Shown here one piece after another: positions 1 to 9,550 of a stretch of DNA of 64,000 nt (within the stretch, counting starts at the first letter, position 1; the number at the start of each line of letters is the position of its first letter). The position numbers and the translations under genes are program-made. The notes below the pieces were generated by a model. The model was not told where the DNA came from. It saw only the letters and a program-made list of their open reading frames with translations, and ran no database searches. Source of the stretch: a virus (lineage: Duplodnaviria > Caudoviricetes); IMG/VR virus record IMGVR_UViG_3300025913_000019; one strand, 5' to 3'.

Positions 1-314
1 TCGGGATGCCAGTGGCTCGGCTCGCCAGCCGCAGGAGTGTCCTGCGAGTGGTTGAGCGCGAGGTCAGGCTCGACCAGCGTGGTATCGATCTGCACGGTGC
101 CGCCGGTGATGGCGGCCGCCTGCGCGAAGATGCCCTGGTACAGCTGGCCGTTGTGCACCATCAGCGCCGTGATGGGCAGGTAGATGATGTCACCATCGGC
201 ATCCGCGACGATGGTGACACGACCGAAGGGGGCGCGCTGGCGGGCGACGCCCGAGCCGGAGCCCGAAGCGCCGAGGCCACCAGAGCCGCCACCGTTACCG
301 ACGATTCGGGCCAT
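1..314 (-). CDS. hypothetical protein, 5' part only (runs off window start)
   Basis: AAGGAG RBS, then ATG at 314 directly after the TAA of the 318-1067 ORF; reads MARIVGNGGGSGG...RVTIVADADGDIIYLPI with no stop before position 1. Confidence 0.7.
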   Translation of the reverse strand, partial: MARIVGNGGGSGGLGASGSGSGVARQRAPFGRVTIVADADGDIIYLPITALMVHNGQLYQGIFAQAAAITGGTVQIDTTLVEPDLALNHSQDTPAAGEPSHWHP

Positions 315-317
315 GCG

Positions 318-1067
318 TTACTCCTTGGTTTCGGTCTGGTTGGCGGTCGACTCGACGTGCGTCGGATCGGTCGAGGCTTGCACCTGCGAGTCGGCAGCCT
401 GTTGAGCAGCGACCGCAGCGGCCTTCTCGGCTTCCGCATCAGCCTTGGCCTTGGCTTCCGCGGCAGCAGCCGCTTCGGCTTCAGCCTTGGCTTGGGCTTC
501 GGCAGCCGCCTGGCGTTCGATCGCAGCCTGGGCTTCCTGGGCTTCGGCAGCTTGCACCGCAGCAGCTTCGGCTGCGGCCTTCTCGGCGGCAGCGGCTTGC
601 TCGGCTTCTTCCGTCGCTTCGTCTTCTTCGGTGTCGACCGGCTGGCCTTCGAAGCTGAAGCCCGGCTGTTCGGCGACGGCGACCGGCGGCGCTTGATGCG
701 CGGCGTGCAGATCGGCGACCGAGATGGTGTTGGCGGTGGACCCGGGGATCGGATCGGTGTTCAGCAGCGGGCTGTTGTTCAGCGGCGGCTCCACGATCTT
801 CTTCCCGGTCTCGGGGTCGAAGCGGTCCTTCGCCTTCTCTTCGACCTTGGCCACGAGGTGCGTGACGCCGGAGACCAGCGCGTGCGCGCCCTTGGCCAGC
901 TCGGCCTCGAACTCGTGGAAGTTGTCGCCGATGTGGCCCATCCCGATGTTGGTCAGGTAGTCACGAGCCATCTGGAACTCGTGCTTGAGGAAGCCTTCGC
1001 CTTCGGAGATCAGAAAGCCGGCTTCGGCCATCGCCTTCTTCAGCGGAATCACAGAGAGATTCGACAT
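318..1067 (-). CDS. acidic Ala/Glu-rich hypothetical protein
   Basis: 249-aa ORF with AAGGA RBS, strong GC3 bias and a low-complexity EAEQAAAAEK tract. Confidence 0.75.
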   Translation of the reverse strand: MSNLSVIPLKKAMAEAGFLISEGEGFLKHEFQMARDYLTNIGMGHIGDNFHEFEAELAKGAHALVSGVTHLVAKVEEKAKDRFDPETGKKIVEPPLNNSPLLNTDPIPGSTANTISVADLHAAHQAPPVAVAEQPGFSFEGQPVDTEEDEATEEAEQAAAAEKAAAEAAAVQAAEAQEAQAAIERQAAAEAQAKAEAEAAAAAEAKAKADAEAEKAAAVAAQQAADSQVQASTDPTHVESTANQTETKE

Positions 1068-1136
1068 GTCACAGTCCTTTGTGTGGATCAGAGAGCGGGT
1101 GAGACCGTAGTCCCACCCTGTCTCATGAAATTGCGG

Positions 1137-4100
1137 TCAGCCCTTGCGACCACGACGTTGCGGTTGCACTTCTTCTTCGTCCTCGCCTCCAGCCTCCGGC
1201 GCAGCATCGACTCGGAAATCGAGCGTGTCGTCATCCTTCGGCACCAGCTTCTTGACCTTCTTCGCCTGCAGCTTCAGCTCGTCGCCGTTCATGACCTTGA
1301 CGCCGGCTTGCAGCAGTTGGTTGATGACCTTGGCTGCACCGCTGAGATTGTTGACGAAGACCGACAGGGTCGGATCGGCCAGGCGCCACGTCATGCCCGG
1401 CACCTTGTAGCGGCTGGAGGTCGCCAGCTTGGTGCCGGGGAAACCGCCGCCGTAGGGCAGACACATGTAGGCGACACCGAAGTTCGGGTTGACCCCGTTC
1501 TTCTCGGCTTCACGGATCGCGATCGGGTCGGTGTCGCCACCGTCGGTCACGAGTGCGAAGAGGCAGAGGCTCTTCTTGTCGGCACGCGGCTTGAACTCCT
1601 GCCGCATGTAGTTGCGGAAGTTGCCACCAGCCATGAGCCGCGCGTAGCGCCGGGAAGTCGCGATGTTGCCACCGGTCAGTTCCTGCGTCAGCACGTCGAA
1701 CGCGTCGTTGTCGACCTTGTCGTCGACCTCGAAGCCGGCTTCGGCCCACACTTCAGCCTGCTTGAGGAGCACGCGCGCATTCTTGATACGCGCTTGCATG
1801 TAGGCCGGATCGCGACGGAAGCCCACGGCCTCGAGTGCCTTGACCGCCGACTGGTTCGTGCCGATGTCGTAGGTGAGACGCATGTAGCCGTTCAGCATCG
1901 ACAGCTGCAGCCCGATGCTCATCTTCGACTTGCGGTCGAGGATCTTCACCTGGTTCTTCAGCTTCTCCTTCTCTTCGGCCTTCTTCTTCAGGTCGATCTG
2001 GCGCTGGCTGATCTTCGCCTGCTTGACGACCAAGCCCGGCACCGTGATCGGCGCGGTCATTTCCAGACCGGCCGCCTGCGCGATCTTGTTGCGCATGTCG
2101 ATGCCATTGGTCTCGGTCCGAGTCATGACGAAGACGTTGGTGGCCTTGAGACCACGCGCCTTGGACCCGTCTTCGAGCAGCACGTGAACGCGAGAGATGA
2201 AGTTGCCCTTGCCGAGTGCAGCAGCGCCGAAGATCGTGCCGTCGCCGAACTCGCAGTGGCATCGCATGCCCATGACCTTGGCACGCTGAGCCTTGATGAC
2301 GGCGCTGTCCTTCGAGTCGTCATCGTCGTCGCCGGTCGGCACCTCGTCCTCGTCGTCCTCGCCGGTGAGTTCCATGCCCAGGTAGTTGTCGACCCGGACC
2401 AGGCCCATCTCCGACGCCTTGTAGAGCTCGGTACCCTGGGCGTAAGGCACGCGAGCCAGCAGTGCCGCACCCGGAGGTGTAGGCGCTTGTGCGACTTGCG
2501 TGAACTTGAAGCCGCCCTCGGCAATCATCTTCTCCTTGTACTCGCGGTTCTCGGCCTTCACCGTCTCGCTGAGCATCTCCATCGAGTCCTTGTAGGCAGC
2601 AAGGTTCGAGTCGAAGTCGTTCATCGTGACGATGGTGTCCAGCGTCATCGGAATGACGGGGATCTCCGGGATCGCCTGGTAGTTCGGGTTCGTCGGGTTG
2701 TCGAACTTCGCGAGCTGCACGATCTTGGCACGCAGGCGCGCGGCCTTCGTGATGTCGATCGTCTTGTCAGCCACGATGGTGTCGAAGATCAGCTCTTCGC
2801 GCTTGTCGCCGCCCTTCGAGAAGTTCGGGCGTTCGATACGCGAGTCACCTTGCTCCTGTTCACCCGGCGTCCACACGCCTTCCATGCGGATCAGCATGCC
2901 GGCCTGCTGCAGATTCAGACCGACTTCCAAGCTCTTGCGGATGCCGATCATCCAGCGGATCTTCGGATCTTTCTTGAAGGCGTTGACCATCTCGGTCTTG
3001 CTGCTGGTCTTGTAGAGCAGCCCGCAAGCCTTGAGGTCGTCAGGCATCGCCTCGAACAGCGAGTCGGTGGACTCGTTGTAGTTGGTGAAGACCAGAGCCT
3101 TCGAGTCGTGCGTGTCGAGGTACTCGCGCAGTCGACGCGCCAGCAGCAGCGCCTTCGGGCTCTTGAGGTCGTCGCCCGAGAGCGGCGGCACACGTTGGCC
3201 TTCAGCGTTGATGAAGCCGTTCTTGGCGTACGGATGGAAGGCCGGGTTCGTGACGAAGCGCTCGATGTCGGCCAGGTACGGCTGGATGGCCGGACCGATG
3301 TCGTCCACGTCGTCTTCCGAGTCGTCGTCGGCATCCGGGTTCACGTCGCCGAGGTCGCCGAACTTCTCTTCGTCCTCGGCAGTCGCCTTCTTGCCCGTCA
3401 GCTTCTCCAGAAGTGCCTTCGCGTTCTTGTCGGTCTCGGCGGCCTTGCGGATGCTCGAGATCATGTCGTCGAAGATCGCGTCGTACATCTCCTTCTGCCG
3501 AGGCGTCAGCGTCACCATGGAGAACTGGTCGGAGCGCGGGGGCAGGGCGCAAGCCCATTCCTTGCGCTTCGCCGGCGCCCACACCACAGTCTCCTTCAGC
3601 TTCGACAGCACGGTCGAGACCGCATTCGGGCCGGTCTGGTTCCACTGCAGCACGCGCTGACCGCTGATCTTCGCGCCGTACTTCTCGTTGAACTGCGCAC
3701 GGGTGCCGAAGACCGTCGGGTCCAGGATAGCCATCTGGCCGGGGAGGTCGGACGGCGAATCCGGGTTCATCGTGCCCGAAGCGATGCGCTTCTTCTTGAT
3801 GTCGGCGACCAGGGTCATCACCGACTTCATGCGAGCCGAGCCCGTGTTGCGCAGGAAGTGCGATTCGTCCATGAGGACGTAGCCAGGCTGGAACTGACGA
3901 ATCAGGTCGATGACCGGGTAGACCGTGATGGTCGACGTGCCGTAGACGGTCGCGCGCGAGCGGAACTTCAGCGCGTCGTAGTCGACCACCAGGATGGTGT
4001 TGATCGGCGCCGCTTCCATGATCTCCTTCAGGCGCGGGAGGCCCGAAGTGCGCACGTTGTAGCTCGTGATCGGAATCACGTTGATCTTGCCGTCGGTGAA

Positions 4101-6011
4101 CTCGACGATTTCCGACACGTAGTTGGCCACCAGGTGGCTGGGGCACATCACGAGGTAGGGCGACGACTCGCCGTGCGCGATCTCGTACAGGATGTCCGTG
4201 ATCGCCAGCATCGACTTGCCACCACCGGCGTCGACCGGCCACGCAGCGAGGTCAGGACGACCGCGCATGATGTTGCGGATCTTGGCTTGGTGGGGCAGAA
4301 GACCCGACTCTTCCTCGCTGAACTTGCGCGTCAGCAGCGGGGCTGCCGGCGGAGTCCAGTTCTTGTCCACGCCTTGCAGAGCGGCCGGCTTGTTGATGGC
4401 CGCGGCCTGCACCGTCGTCGTGGCGAGATCAGCGCCGTAGGCAGCGAGCACCTGGATCTGACCCAGCTGGTCGGTCATCGTGGTCACGGCGTACTTGACG
4501 AACAGCGACTCGATGTTCCTCACCATCGTGGCCGCGAGCGTGACGATGAACCGTGCGACGGGCTGGATCGCGAGCTCGGCTTCCACGTCAGGCGAGTTGT
4601 GGTCGCCTCCAACGACGTTGAGGCTGTCCATCAGCCAGTAGCCGGTCATGAACTGCGCGTTCGTCAGCTCGTAGTACTGCTTGAAGGCGAACTTCGCGTA
4701 GTCCTCGATGCTGAGGTCGTCGCTCGCGCCGGGGAAGTCCTCGATCTTGGCGCCGTAGTTCCGGGCCACGATGCTCAGGTTGCAGGCCTCCGCGTAGTGG
4801 CTCATGCGCGTGATGAATGCATCCGGGATCGGGCGCTTCAGCAGGTTCATGGCCATCGACGCGTTGCACTTGCGCATGTGCGCCAGGTCGAGAACTTGCG
4901 GCTTGCCGGTCGAGTCCGAGTACGTGAACTTGTTGTTCACCCAGTCGGTCAGGATCGGGATGTTGATCGGGAGCTGCGGCTTGCCAGCCGAGCCCATCCG
5001 GCGCAGCGCGAACTCGCCGTCACCTTGTTGACCGGCAGCGCTGAACATGGACTCGTACTTGTTCGTGTTGTTGCAGGCACGCGGAATCCAGATCGGCTCG
5101 CCCTTCAGGTTGATGGTGATGTTGTTCTCGTCCACGCGCTCGTCGGACTCGAGATGCTTCGGCAGCGTCTCGGCGATGCGAGAGATCGAGGTCGCGCTCT
5201 TGCCGTACTGACGGCTGACGTACTCGGCCTCGACCCACATCGTGAACAGCGGGTACAGGTCGACCGGACGGATCTCGGCCCAGTCGGTCGAGATCAGGTA
5301 GCAGGCCTCGACCGGCTTGATGACGAACTCGAGGAAGATCGTGACATGGCGGCTGTCAACCTGGTAGCCGACGCCGCGCAGGCACTGGCTGAACATCGTG
5401 GTCGCGTCGGCCTTGATGCCGGCCTTGGCCACGACCTGCGAACCCGGGAACAGGGTGTACTGCGGAGTCTCGGATGTGAGGCCGGCCTGGCAGACTTCGA
5501 TGTACTTGTTGCGGGCTTCGTCGGTCATGGACTCGCCGCCGAACAGCTGCAGCACGAAGTCGACCGATTCAGGGCTCGCAGTCGTCAGCTGGACGACCGG
5601 CAGCTTCAGCAGGAAGTGCGAGTCGTTGCCGGCGTTGACCTTGCGCAGCGACGTGTACTGGTTCAGGCCCCAGTCGATGCGCTTCTTCTCCCACTCGGCG
5701 ATGGCCTGGTTGAGGTTCTTGCGCTCCTTGCGCTGCTCCGGCGTCTTGGCGGCAGGCATCTTGCCGACCGGCATGGCCGACATGTTCATCAGCGGTGCGA
5801 AGGCGAGCTTCAGCATCGTCTTGCGCGGGTCACCGCTGTACATCCAGTTGAAGACACCGAGGAAGCCCTGCTGCTTCTGCTCCTTGGTGACGTCGAACTG
5901 GCTGTTGGGTACCAGGTTCGTGCGCGGCCGCTTCACCAGGGCCGCCCTGAGCTTGCTAACGGGCAACGGCAGGAGCGGTTGGCCGATGCGTTCCGATGCG
6001 ATGGCGTTCAT
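1137..6011 (-). CDS. giant SNF2/SWI2-family (SF2) ATPase/helicase
   Basis: Motif I VDAGGGKS, motif II LMDESH, motif III ASGT, motif V SLEVGLNLQQA, motif VI QGDSRIERP; start moved to ATG 6011 behind GAGG RBS. Confidence 0.85.
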   Translation of the reverse strand: MNAIASERIGQPLLPLPVSKLRAALVKRPRTNLVPNSQFDVTKEQKQQGFLGVFNWMYSGDPRKTMLKLAFAPLMNMSAMPVGKMPAAKTPEQRKERKNLNQAIAEWEKKRIDWGLNQYTSLRKVNAGNDSHFLLKLPVVQLTTASPESVDFVLQLFGGESMTDEARNKYIEVCQAGLTSETPQYTLFPGSQVVAKAGIKADATTMFSQCLRGVGYQVDSRHVTIFLEFVIKPVEACYLISTDWAEIRPVDLYPLFTMWVEAEYVSRQYGKSATSISRIAETLPKHLESDERVDENNITINLKGEPIWIPRACNNTNKYESMFSAAGQQGDGEFALRRMGSAGKPQLPINIPILTDWVNNKFTYSDSTGKPQVLDLAHMRKCNASMAMNLLKRPIPDAFITRMSHYAEACNLSIVARNYGAKIEDFPGASDDLSIEDYAKFAFKQYYELTNAQFMTGYWLMDSLNVVGGDHNSPDVEAELAIQPVARFIVTLAATMVRNIESLFVKYAVTTMTDQLGQIQVLAAYGADLATTTVQAAAINKPAALQGVDKNWTPPAAPLLTRKFSEEESGLLPHQAKIRNIMRGRPDLAAWPVDAGGGKSMLAITDILYEIAHGESSPYLVMCPSHLVANYVSEIVEFTDGKINVIPITSYNVRTSGLPRLKEIMEAAPINTILVVDYDALKFRSRATVYGTSTITVYPVIDLIRQFQPGYVLMDESHFLRNTGSARMKSVMTLVADIKKKRIASGTMNPDSPSDLPGQMAILDPTVFGTRAQFNEKYGAKISGQRVLQWNQTGPNAVSTVLSKLKETVVWAPAKRKEWACALPPRSDQFSMVTLTPRQKEMYDAIFDDMISSIRKAAETDKNAKALLEKLTGKKATAEDEEKFGDLGDVNPDADDDSEDDVDDIGPAIQPYLADIERFVTNPAFHPYAKNGFINAEGQRVPPLSGDDLKSPKALLLARRLREYLDTHDSKALVFTNYNESTDSLFEAMPDDLKACGLLYKTSSKTEMVNAFKKDPKIRWMIGIRKSLEVGLNLQQAGMLIRMEGVWTPGEQEQGDSRIERPNFSKGGDKREELIFDTIVADKTIDITKAARLRAKIVQLAKFDNPTNPNYQAIPEIPVIPMTLDTIVTMNDFDSNLAAYKDSMEMLSETVKAENREYKEKMIAEGGFKFTQVAQAPTPPGAALLARVPYAQGTELYKASEMGLVRVDNYLGMELTGEDDEDEVPTGDDDDDSKDSAVIKAQRAKVMGMRCHCEFGDGTIFGAAALGKGNFISRVHVLLEDGSKARGLKATNVFVMTRTETNGIDMRNKIAQAAGLEMTAPITVPGLVVKQAKISQRQIDLKKKAEEKEKLKNQVKILDRKSKMSIGLQLSMLNGYMRLTYDIGTNQSAVKALEAVGFRRDPAYMQARIKNARVLLKQAEVWAEAGFEVDDKVDNDAFDVLTQELTGGNIATSRRYARLMAGGNFRNYMRQEFKPRADKKSLCLFALVTDGGDTDPIAIREAEKNGVNPNFGVAYMCLPYGGGFPGTKLATSSRYKVPGMTWRLADPTLSVFVNNLSGAAKVINQLLQAGVKVMNGDELKLQAKKVKKLVPKDDDTLDFRVDAAPEAGGEDEEEVQPQRRGRKG

Positions 6012-6321
6012 TGAATTCCTCTTTGGACTTGATGATGGCCTGGAAGTCATCCAGTGTCTTGATTTCGTCGCCTCGGAGTTGTCCCTCCCGAAACGCGAGA
6101 TAGAGTTCCTTGTACCTGCGGGCCGCGAGCGGACTGAGGCTGAGCAGGAACGGTGCATCCCGGAGTTCAGCCTTCATGATCTTGAACTTGGGATGCGTGA
6201 TTGGGTAGCCGCGCCGCTTCAGGAAATCATTCTTGGCGTGGTCGAGTGCCTGCTTGAAGCTGGTGCCCGCGCATTCGCCAGACGCTCCCTGGTAGCGGTA
6301 GTCGAAGCTGACGTAGGTCAT
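5956..6321 (-). CDS. hypothetical protein
   Basis: ATGA overlap with upstream ORF stop at 6318-6321; 3' end overlaps the SNF2 start by about 55 nt. Confidence 0.5.
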   Translation of the reverse strand: MTYVSFDYRYQGASGECAGTSFKQALDHAKNDFLKRRGYPITHPKFKIMKAELRDAPFLLSLSPLAARRYKELYLAFREGQLRGDEIKTLDDFQAIIKSKEEFNERHRIGTHRPTAPAVAR

Positions 6322-7010
6322 AGGTGTCGCACTCCTGTCGAGTCGCGAGCTCGGTACGTGTTCATCAGCGGCTTCCACAGCTCATCGAGGATGAACTGCT
6401 CCTTGGCACGGAGATCGGGACCCGTGTTCATGCCTGGCGCGTAGACCGGCACGAGCGGCGCCCTGATTTCGTAGCCGATGAACCACTGCCGTGGATTCAG
6501 GGTCTCGCGGTTGTAGACGAAGACGAGCAGACCAGGGTCGAGCTCGCACCGGTAGCGGCGCTCCGAATCGCGGATGCGGCTGAACCTGTAACCGCCGGGC
6601 ATACGGAACAGCCGGGTGTGCCACTCGGGGTCTTCGATCTTGAACTGCGCTTGCACGAGGATCGAGAAGCCGTAGCTCTCGATTCGGGCCTGCCGCTCCA
6701 AGTTGTGCCACGGGCTCAGGCCCCGCATCAGTCGGCTCACATTCAAGAACCTGACCAGGTGCCGGCGCTGGGTCCAGAGGTAGTTCCTGATTGCGATGTT
6801 GGTGTCCGCTTCCGGCATCACAAATGGCAACAGGCCAGCCGATTTACAACCCTCCTTGTAGCGTTGGAGAGCGGTAACCCATGCTGACCGTGTGTCGGAG
6901 GGAAGACCCGAGCACGCTGCAAACCAGATATTTACAGCGTGCGGGTTGAAGTTGTGCGGGAAGTCCAGAGGCCCTGGTGGCCGCTGGAGCAGCTTCGAGT
7001 ACGGGCCCAT
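6318..7010 (-). CDS. hypothetical protein (start uncertain, may begin nearer 6820)
   Basis: 230-aa ORF filling the gap between genes; the 5' part is AT-richer and contains two GTAAAT motifs. Confidence 0.5.
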   Translation of the reverse strand: MGPYSKLLQRPPGPLDFPHNFNPHAVNIWFAACSGLPSDTRSAWVTALQRYKEGCKSAGLLPFVMPEADTNIAIRNYLWTQRRHLVRFLNVSRLMRGLSPWHNLERQARIESYGFSILVQAQFKIEDPEWHTRLFRMPGGYRFSRIRDSERRYRCELDPGLLVFVYNRETLNPRQWFIGYEIRAPLVPVYAPGMNTGPDLRAKEQFILDELWKPLMNTYRARDSTGVRHL

Positions 7011-7019
7011 GTGGGACTC

Positions 7020-7772
7020 CTAGATGGTGGGAGGGCCTTGGCTCACGTCGTCGATGAGGAGCGGCTGATCGGTCGGCGGCTCGACGCCACCGTCGTTGTT
7101 CGTCAGCTCCTGCACGACCGGCTCGTCTTCCTCGTCGTCGCCGTCGATGAGCATGTCGAAGGCCGCGCCGTCGGAGATCGGATCTTCGGTCGACGCCAGC
7201 GTCTTCGCATTCGCCATGGCGATCACCTCGTCGTCGCTGAGCGGTCGGCCGGCTTCGGCCTCGAGTTCCGCGCGATAGCGCTTGCCGGCTTCACGCACCT
7301 CGGCTTCGGTGAAGAGGCGGCTGGCCGTCGTGTCGAGCTTCAGCGGGTCTTCGCCGTTCGGATCAGCGGGATCGACGTCGCCTTCCATGATGCACGGCTG
7401 CTGCGCGGAGCTCGTGTCGGCGCCCAGGATCACGTCGTCTGCGGCTTCCGCCTCGTGGTCTGTGGCGGGCAGGTCGCTCGGGTTCGAGGTCGGCAGCGAT
7501 CCGAAGTCCGACGTGTCGTTGGCCGTGACCGGCTTGGACGCGCGCTCGAGCTCGGAGATCAGGTTCTCGTAAGCGGTCACCGCATCGGTGTGACCACGGG
7601 CCTTTGCGGCGGCGTGACCACGGCGTGCATCACCCAGCTCGGTCTCGATCACGCGCCGCGAGTCGTCATCGACGCTGGCGAAGAAGGTGGCCGAGTTGGA
7701 CACGGGCTGCGTCGGCTGGTCGTAGGTCGAGCTGGCGAGCAGGCGTTGCTTGGCTTGGAGTTCGAGATTCAT
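7020..7772 (-). CDS. acidic hypothetical protein with N-terminal LQAKQRL motif
   Basis: Starts MNLELQAKQRLLA; ATGA overlap with upstream gene. Confidence 0.75.
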   Translation of the reverse strand: MNLELQAKQRLLASSTYDQPTQPVSNSATFFASVDDDSRRVIETELGDARRGHAAAKARGHTDAVTAYENLISELERASKPVTANDTSDFGSLPTSNPSDLPATDHEAEAADDVILGADTSSAQQPCIMEGDVDPADPNGEDPLKLDTTASRLFTEAEVREAGKRYRAELEAEAGRPLSDDEVIAMANAKTLASTEDPISDGAAFDMLIDGDDEEDEPVVQELTNNDGGVEPPTDQPLLIDDVSQGPPTI

Positions 7773-7972
7773 TTGCTGTGATCCCAGTGTTTGGAGGTCT
7801 CGGCGAACTCAGCCATCTTTGCGGGATGGCCGCCGGCCGCCTTGCCTTTCGCGATGTCCGCTTCGGTGATGGGTTCGTCCTCGCTCTTGCCCAGCCACTT
7901 GTGGAAGTCGCCGTGCTTGATGGGGCCGATCTTGGCCATGAGCCTGGACTTGGCTTTGAGCTGGAGGATCAT
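7769..7972 (-). CDS. small basic protein with N-terminal LKAKSRL motif
   Basis: 67 aa, MILQLKAKSRLMAKIGPIKHGDFHKWLGK...; GAGG RBS upstream of ATG 7972. Confidence 0.7.
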   Translation of the reverse strand: MILQLKAKSRLMAKIGPIKHGDFHKWLGKSEDEPITEADIAKGKAAGGHPAKMAEFAETSKHWDHSK

Positions 7973-7979
7973 CTTGACC

Positions 7980-8339
7980 TCACGGGCGATAGGGTTTGAG
8001 GGCGGGTTTGCGACCCCACGGGTTCTTCGGCTTCGGCCGCTCGTGGTTGCCACGCTGCAGGTGCGTGTGTCGCGCGTCGTGGCAAGCGCCGCAAAGCGTG
8101 ATGAGATTGCTCATGGTCGTGGTGCCACCGGCAGACAGCTTCAGGATGTGGTGGACGTCCTTTCCAGGTGCTCCACACGCACGGCCTGAGCGCCGGTCTT
8201 GGCACTTGCCATCGTCGCGATCCCACACACGCTTGCGAATCTCCCACCAGTCGGTTTGCGTGGTCGAGTAGGACTCACGCTGAATGCGGGCGGTGCCATC
8301 AGCACGCCGGCGGACGTTGGGTCTGCGTTGCATGACCAT
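7980..8339 (-). CDS. HNH endonuclease
   Basis: C...C-x-DVHHILKLSAGGTTTMSNLITLCGACHDARH matches the HNH/Zn signature; start trimmed to ATG 8339. Confidence 0.85.
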   Translation of the reverse strand: MVMQRRPNVRRRADGTARIQRESYSTTQTDWWEIRKRVWDRDDGKCQDRRSGRACGAPGKDVHHILKLSAGGTTTMSNLITLCGACHDARHTHLQRGNHERPKPKNPWGRKPALKPYRP

Positions 8340-8352
8340 AAAATTGGACCTT

Positions 8353-8685
8353 TCAGCCGCCTTGTCGATCGTGACTGTTGTACCGTCCGTCCAGGTAGTT
8401 GACCGACATGACCCTGGCTCTGACCATGAGGCACTCGAGCTTCGACAGCCTGTAGAGCGTGTCGTCGCCGCAGACCAGGATCGGACCACCCGCGCACTCC
8501 CACACGATGAAGGGTTCGTGCGCATCGTGCTCGTTGGCGAGGTCGGACGAGTCGCGAACGATGGTCTTGCCACGGGTCTTGATGATGCAGCCCTTGACCA
8601 TGCGGTCGCCCGGCAGGAACGACTCGTCGTCCGTGACTTCGAGAGCTTGCAGCAGCTCGACTTGATCGCTGATAGATCGGACCAT
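8353..8685 (-). CDS. hypothetical protein
   Basis: 110-aa C-terminal part of the 8353-9117 ORF; ATG overlaps the stop of 8685-9029. Confidence 0.6.
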   Translation of the reverse strand: MVRSISDQVELLQALEVTDDESFLPGDRMVKGCIIKTRGKTIVRDSSDLANEHDAHEPFIVWECAGGPILVCGDDTLYRLSKLECLMVRARVMSVNYLDGRYNSHDRQGG

Positions 8686-9029
8686 CACACACCCCCACCC
8701 GTGCGGGCTTCGAAGTACCACTTGATGACCGCGGTCTGGAATGCAGCCAGCGGCACGTTGATGGCCGCGATGATGAGGCCGATGTCGGTGCCGTTGCGAG
8801 CCTCGTTCACGTCGGCGTAGTGCATCGACCACTTGATGACGCCGAAGGTGACGAACAGCGTCGCCATCGCCACGATGTGCTTCTCGACATCGCGCTTGTC
8901 GAACCAGTCCCACAGCATGGTCATGGTCGCGACGATCATGCTCACTTCCTTGGGCGGCTGCACCGTGACTTCGGTCTTCACGGTTGTGGTCTCGGTCACG
9001 GCCGATTGTGTGGTGTTGTCTTCGCTCAT
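8685..9029 (-). CDS. two-TM membrane protein, holin-like candidate
   Basis: Two hydrophobic segments (HIVAMATLFVTFGVIKW; IGLIIAAINVPLAAFQTAVIKW) in 114 aa; no endolysin seen nearby. Confidence 0.5.
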   Translation of the reverse strand: MSEDNTTQSAVTETTTVKTEVTVQPPKEVSMIVATMTMLWDWFDKRDVEKHIVAMATLFVTFGVIKWSMHYADVNEARNGTDIGLIIAAINVPLAAFQTAVIKWYFEARTGGGV

Positions 9030-9259
9030 TTTGTCCAGTCCTCAATGATGGGTGTGCCGACCGCAGTCGACGGGGTAGGGACGGTCGTAGGCTGCCACAC
9101 ATTCGGGCCGCAAGCACTCGTCCAGACGTTGAGCCACCTACCTCCGTACCACCGCCTGTAGAACGGCAGGGAACCGAGATGGGAGACGAAAAACGGGAGC
9201 CGAAAGAAGTTCATGGTCACGCTCCTCGAAAGAAGGGTGACCATGAAAGTGACCCTTCG

Positions 9260-9550
9260 CTAGTACAGGTCCTCGCTGAAGAGTTCGGTGGAGTCCGGGT
9301 TGCCGGTCTTGTGACGGATCTGACCTTGACGAGTCGCGATCTCGAAGGCCTGCTCACGATCGAAGAAGGTGCCGAACTGATCGATGAAGCCCTGGATGCC
9401 GTCGGCCTCCGTCTGCTTGAGCCCCATCGCCTTGTACTGCGCCATCATGACCGCGTCGTAGTGCCGCGGGCCGACGATCATGCCCTGCTCGAACAGGATC
9501 GCGGCACAGACGATACGCCGGCGTGCAGGATCGGGAATCCAGTCGCTCAT
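9260..9550 (-). CDS. conserved phage hypothetical protein
   Basis: RIVCAAI..G.RH.D..QGFIDQFG.FFDREQAFEIA..GQI..LFSEDLY pattern typical of a widespread phage family; ATGA-coupled to nrdB. Confidence 0.7.
   Translation of the reverse strand: MSDWIPDPARRRIVCAAILFEQGMIVGPRHYDAVMMAQYKAMGLKQTEADGIQGFIDQFGTFFDREQAFEIATRQGQIRHKTGNPDSTELFSEDLY

Noticed and set aside
318-1067. Ala/Glu-rich repeats as TolA or tape measure
   Set aside because: Low-complexity similarity only, with no TM anchor and far too short for a tape measure.
6-6014. 2002-aa plus-strand ORF
   Set aside because: Antisense shadow: three consecutive minus-strand genes (starts 314, 1067, 6011) share one frame, and their GC-rich codons avoid TTA/CTA/TCA, leaving the opposite frame open. 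The translation has no motifs.
9026-9244. 72-aa ORF as a spanin lipoprotein
   Set aside because: WTSAC is not a good lipobox and no hydrophobic signal helix precedes it. It may be a real small gene but I cannot support a call.
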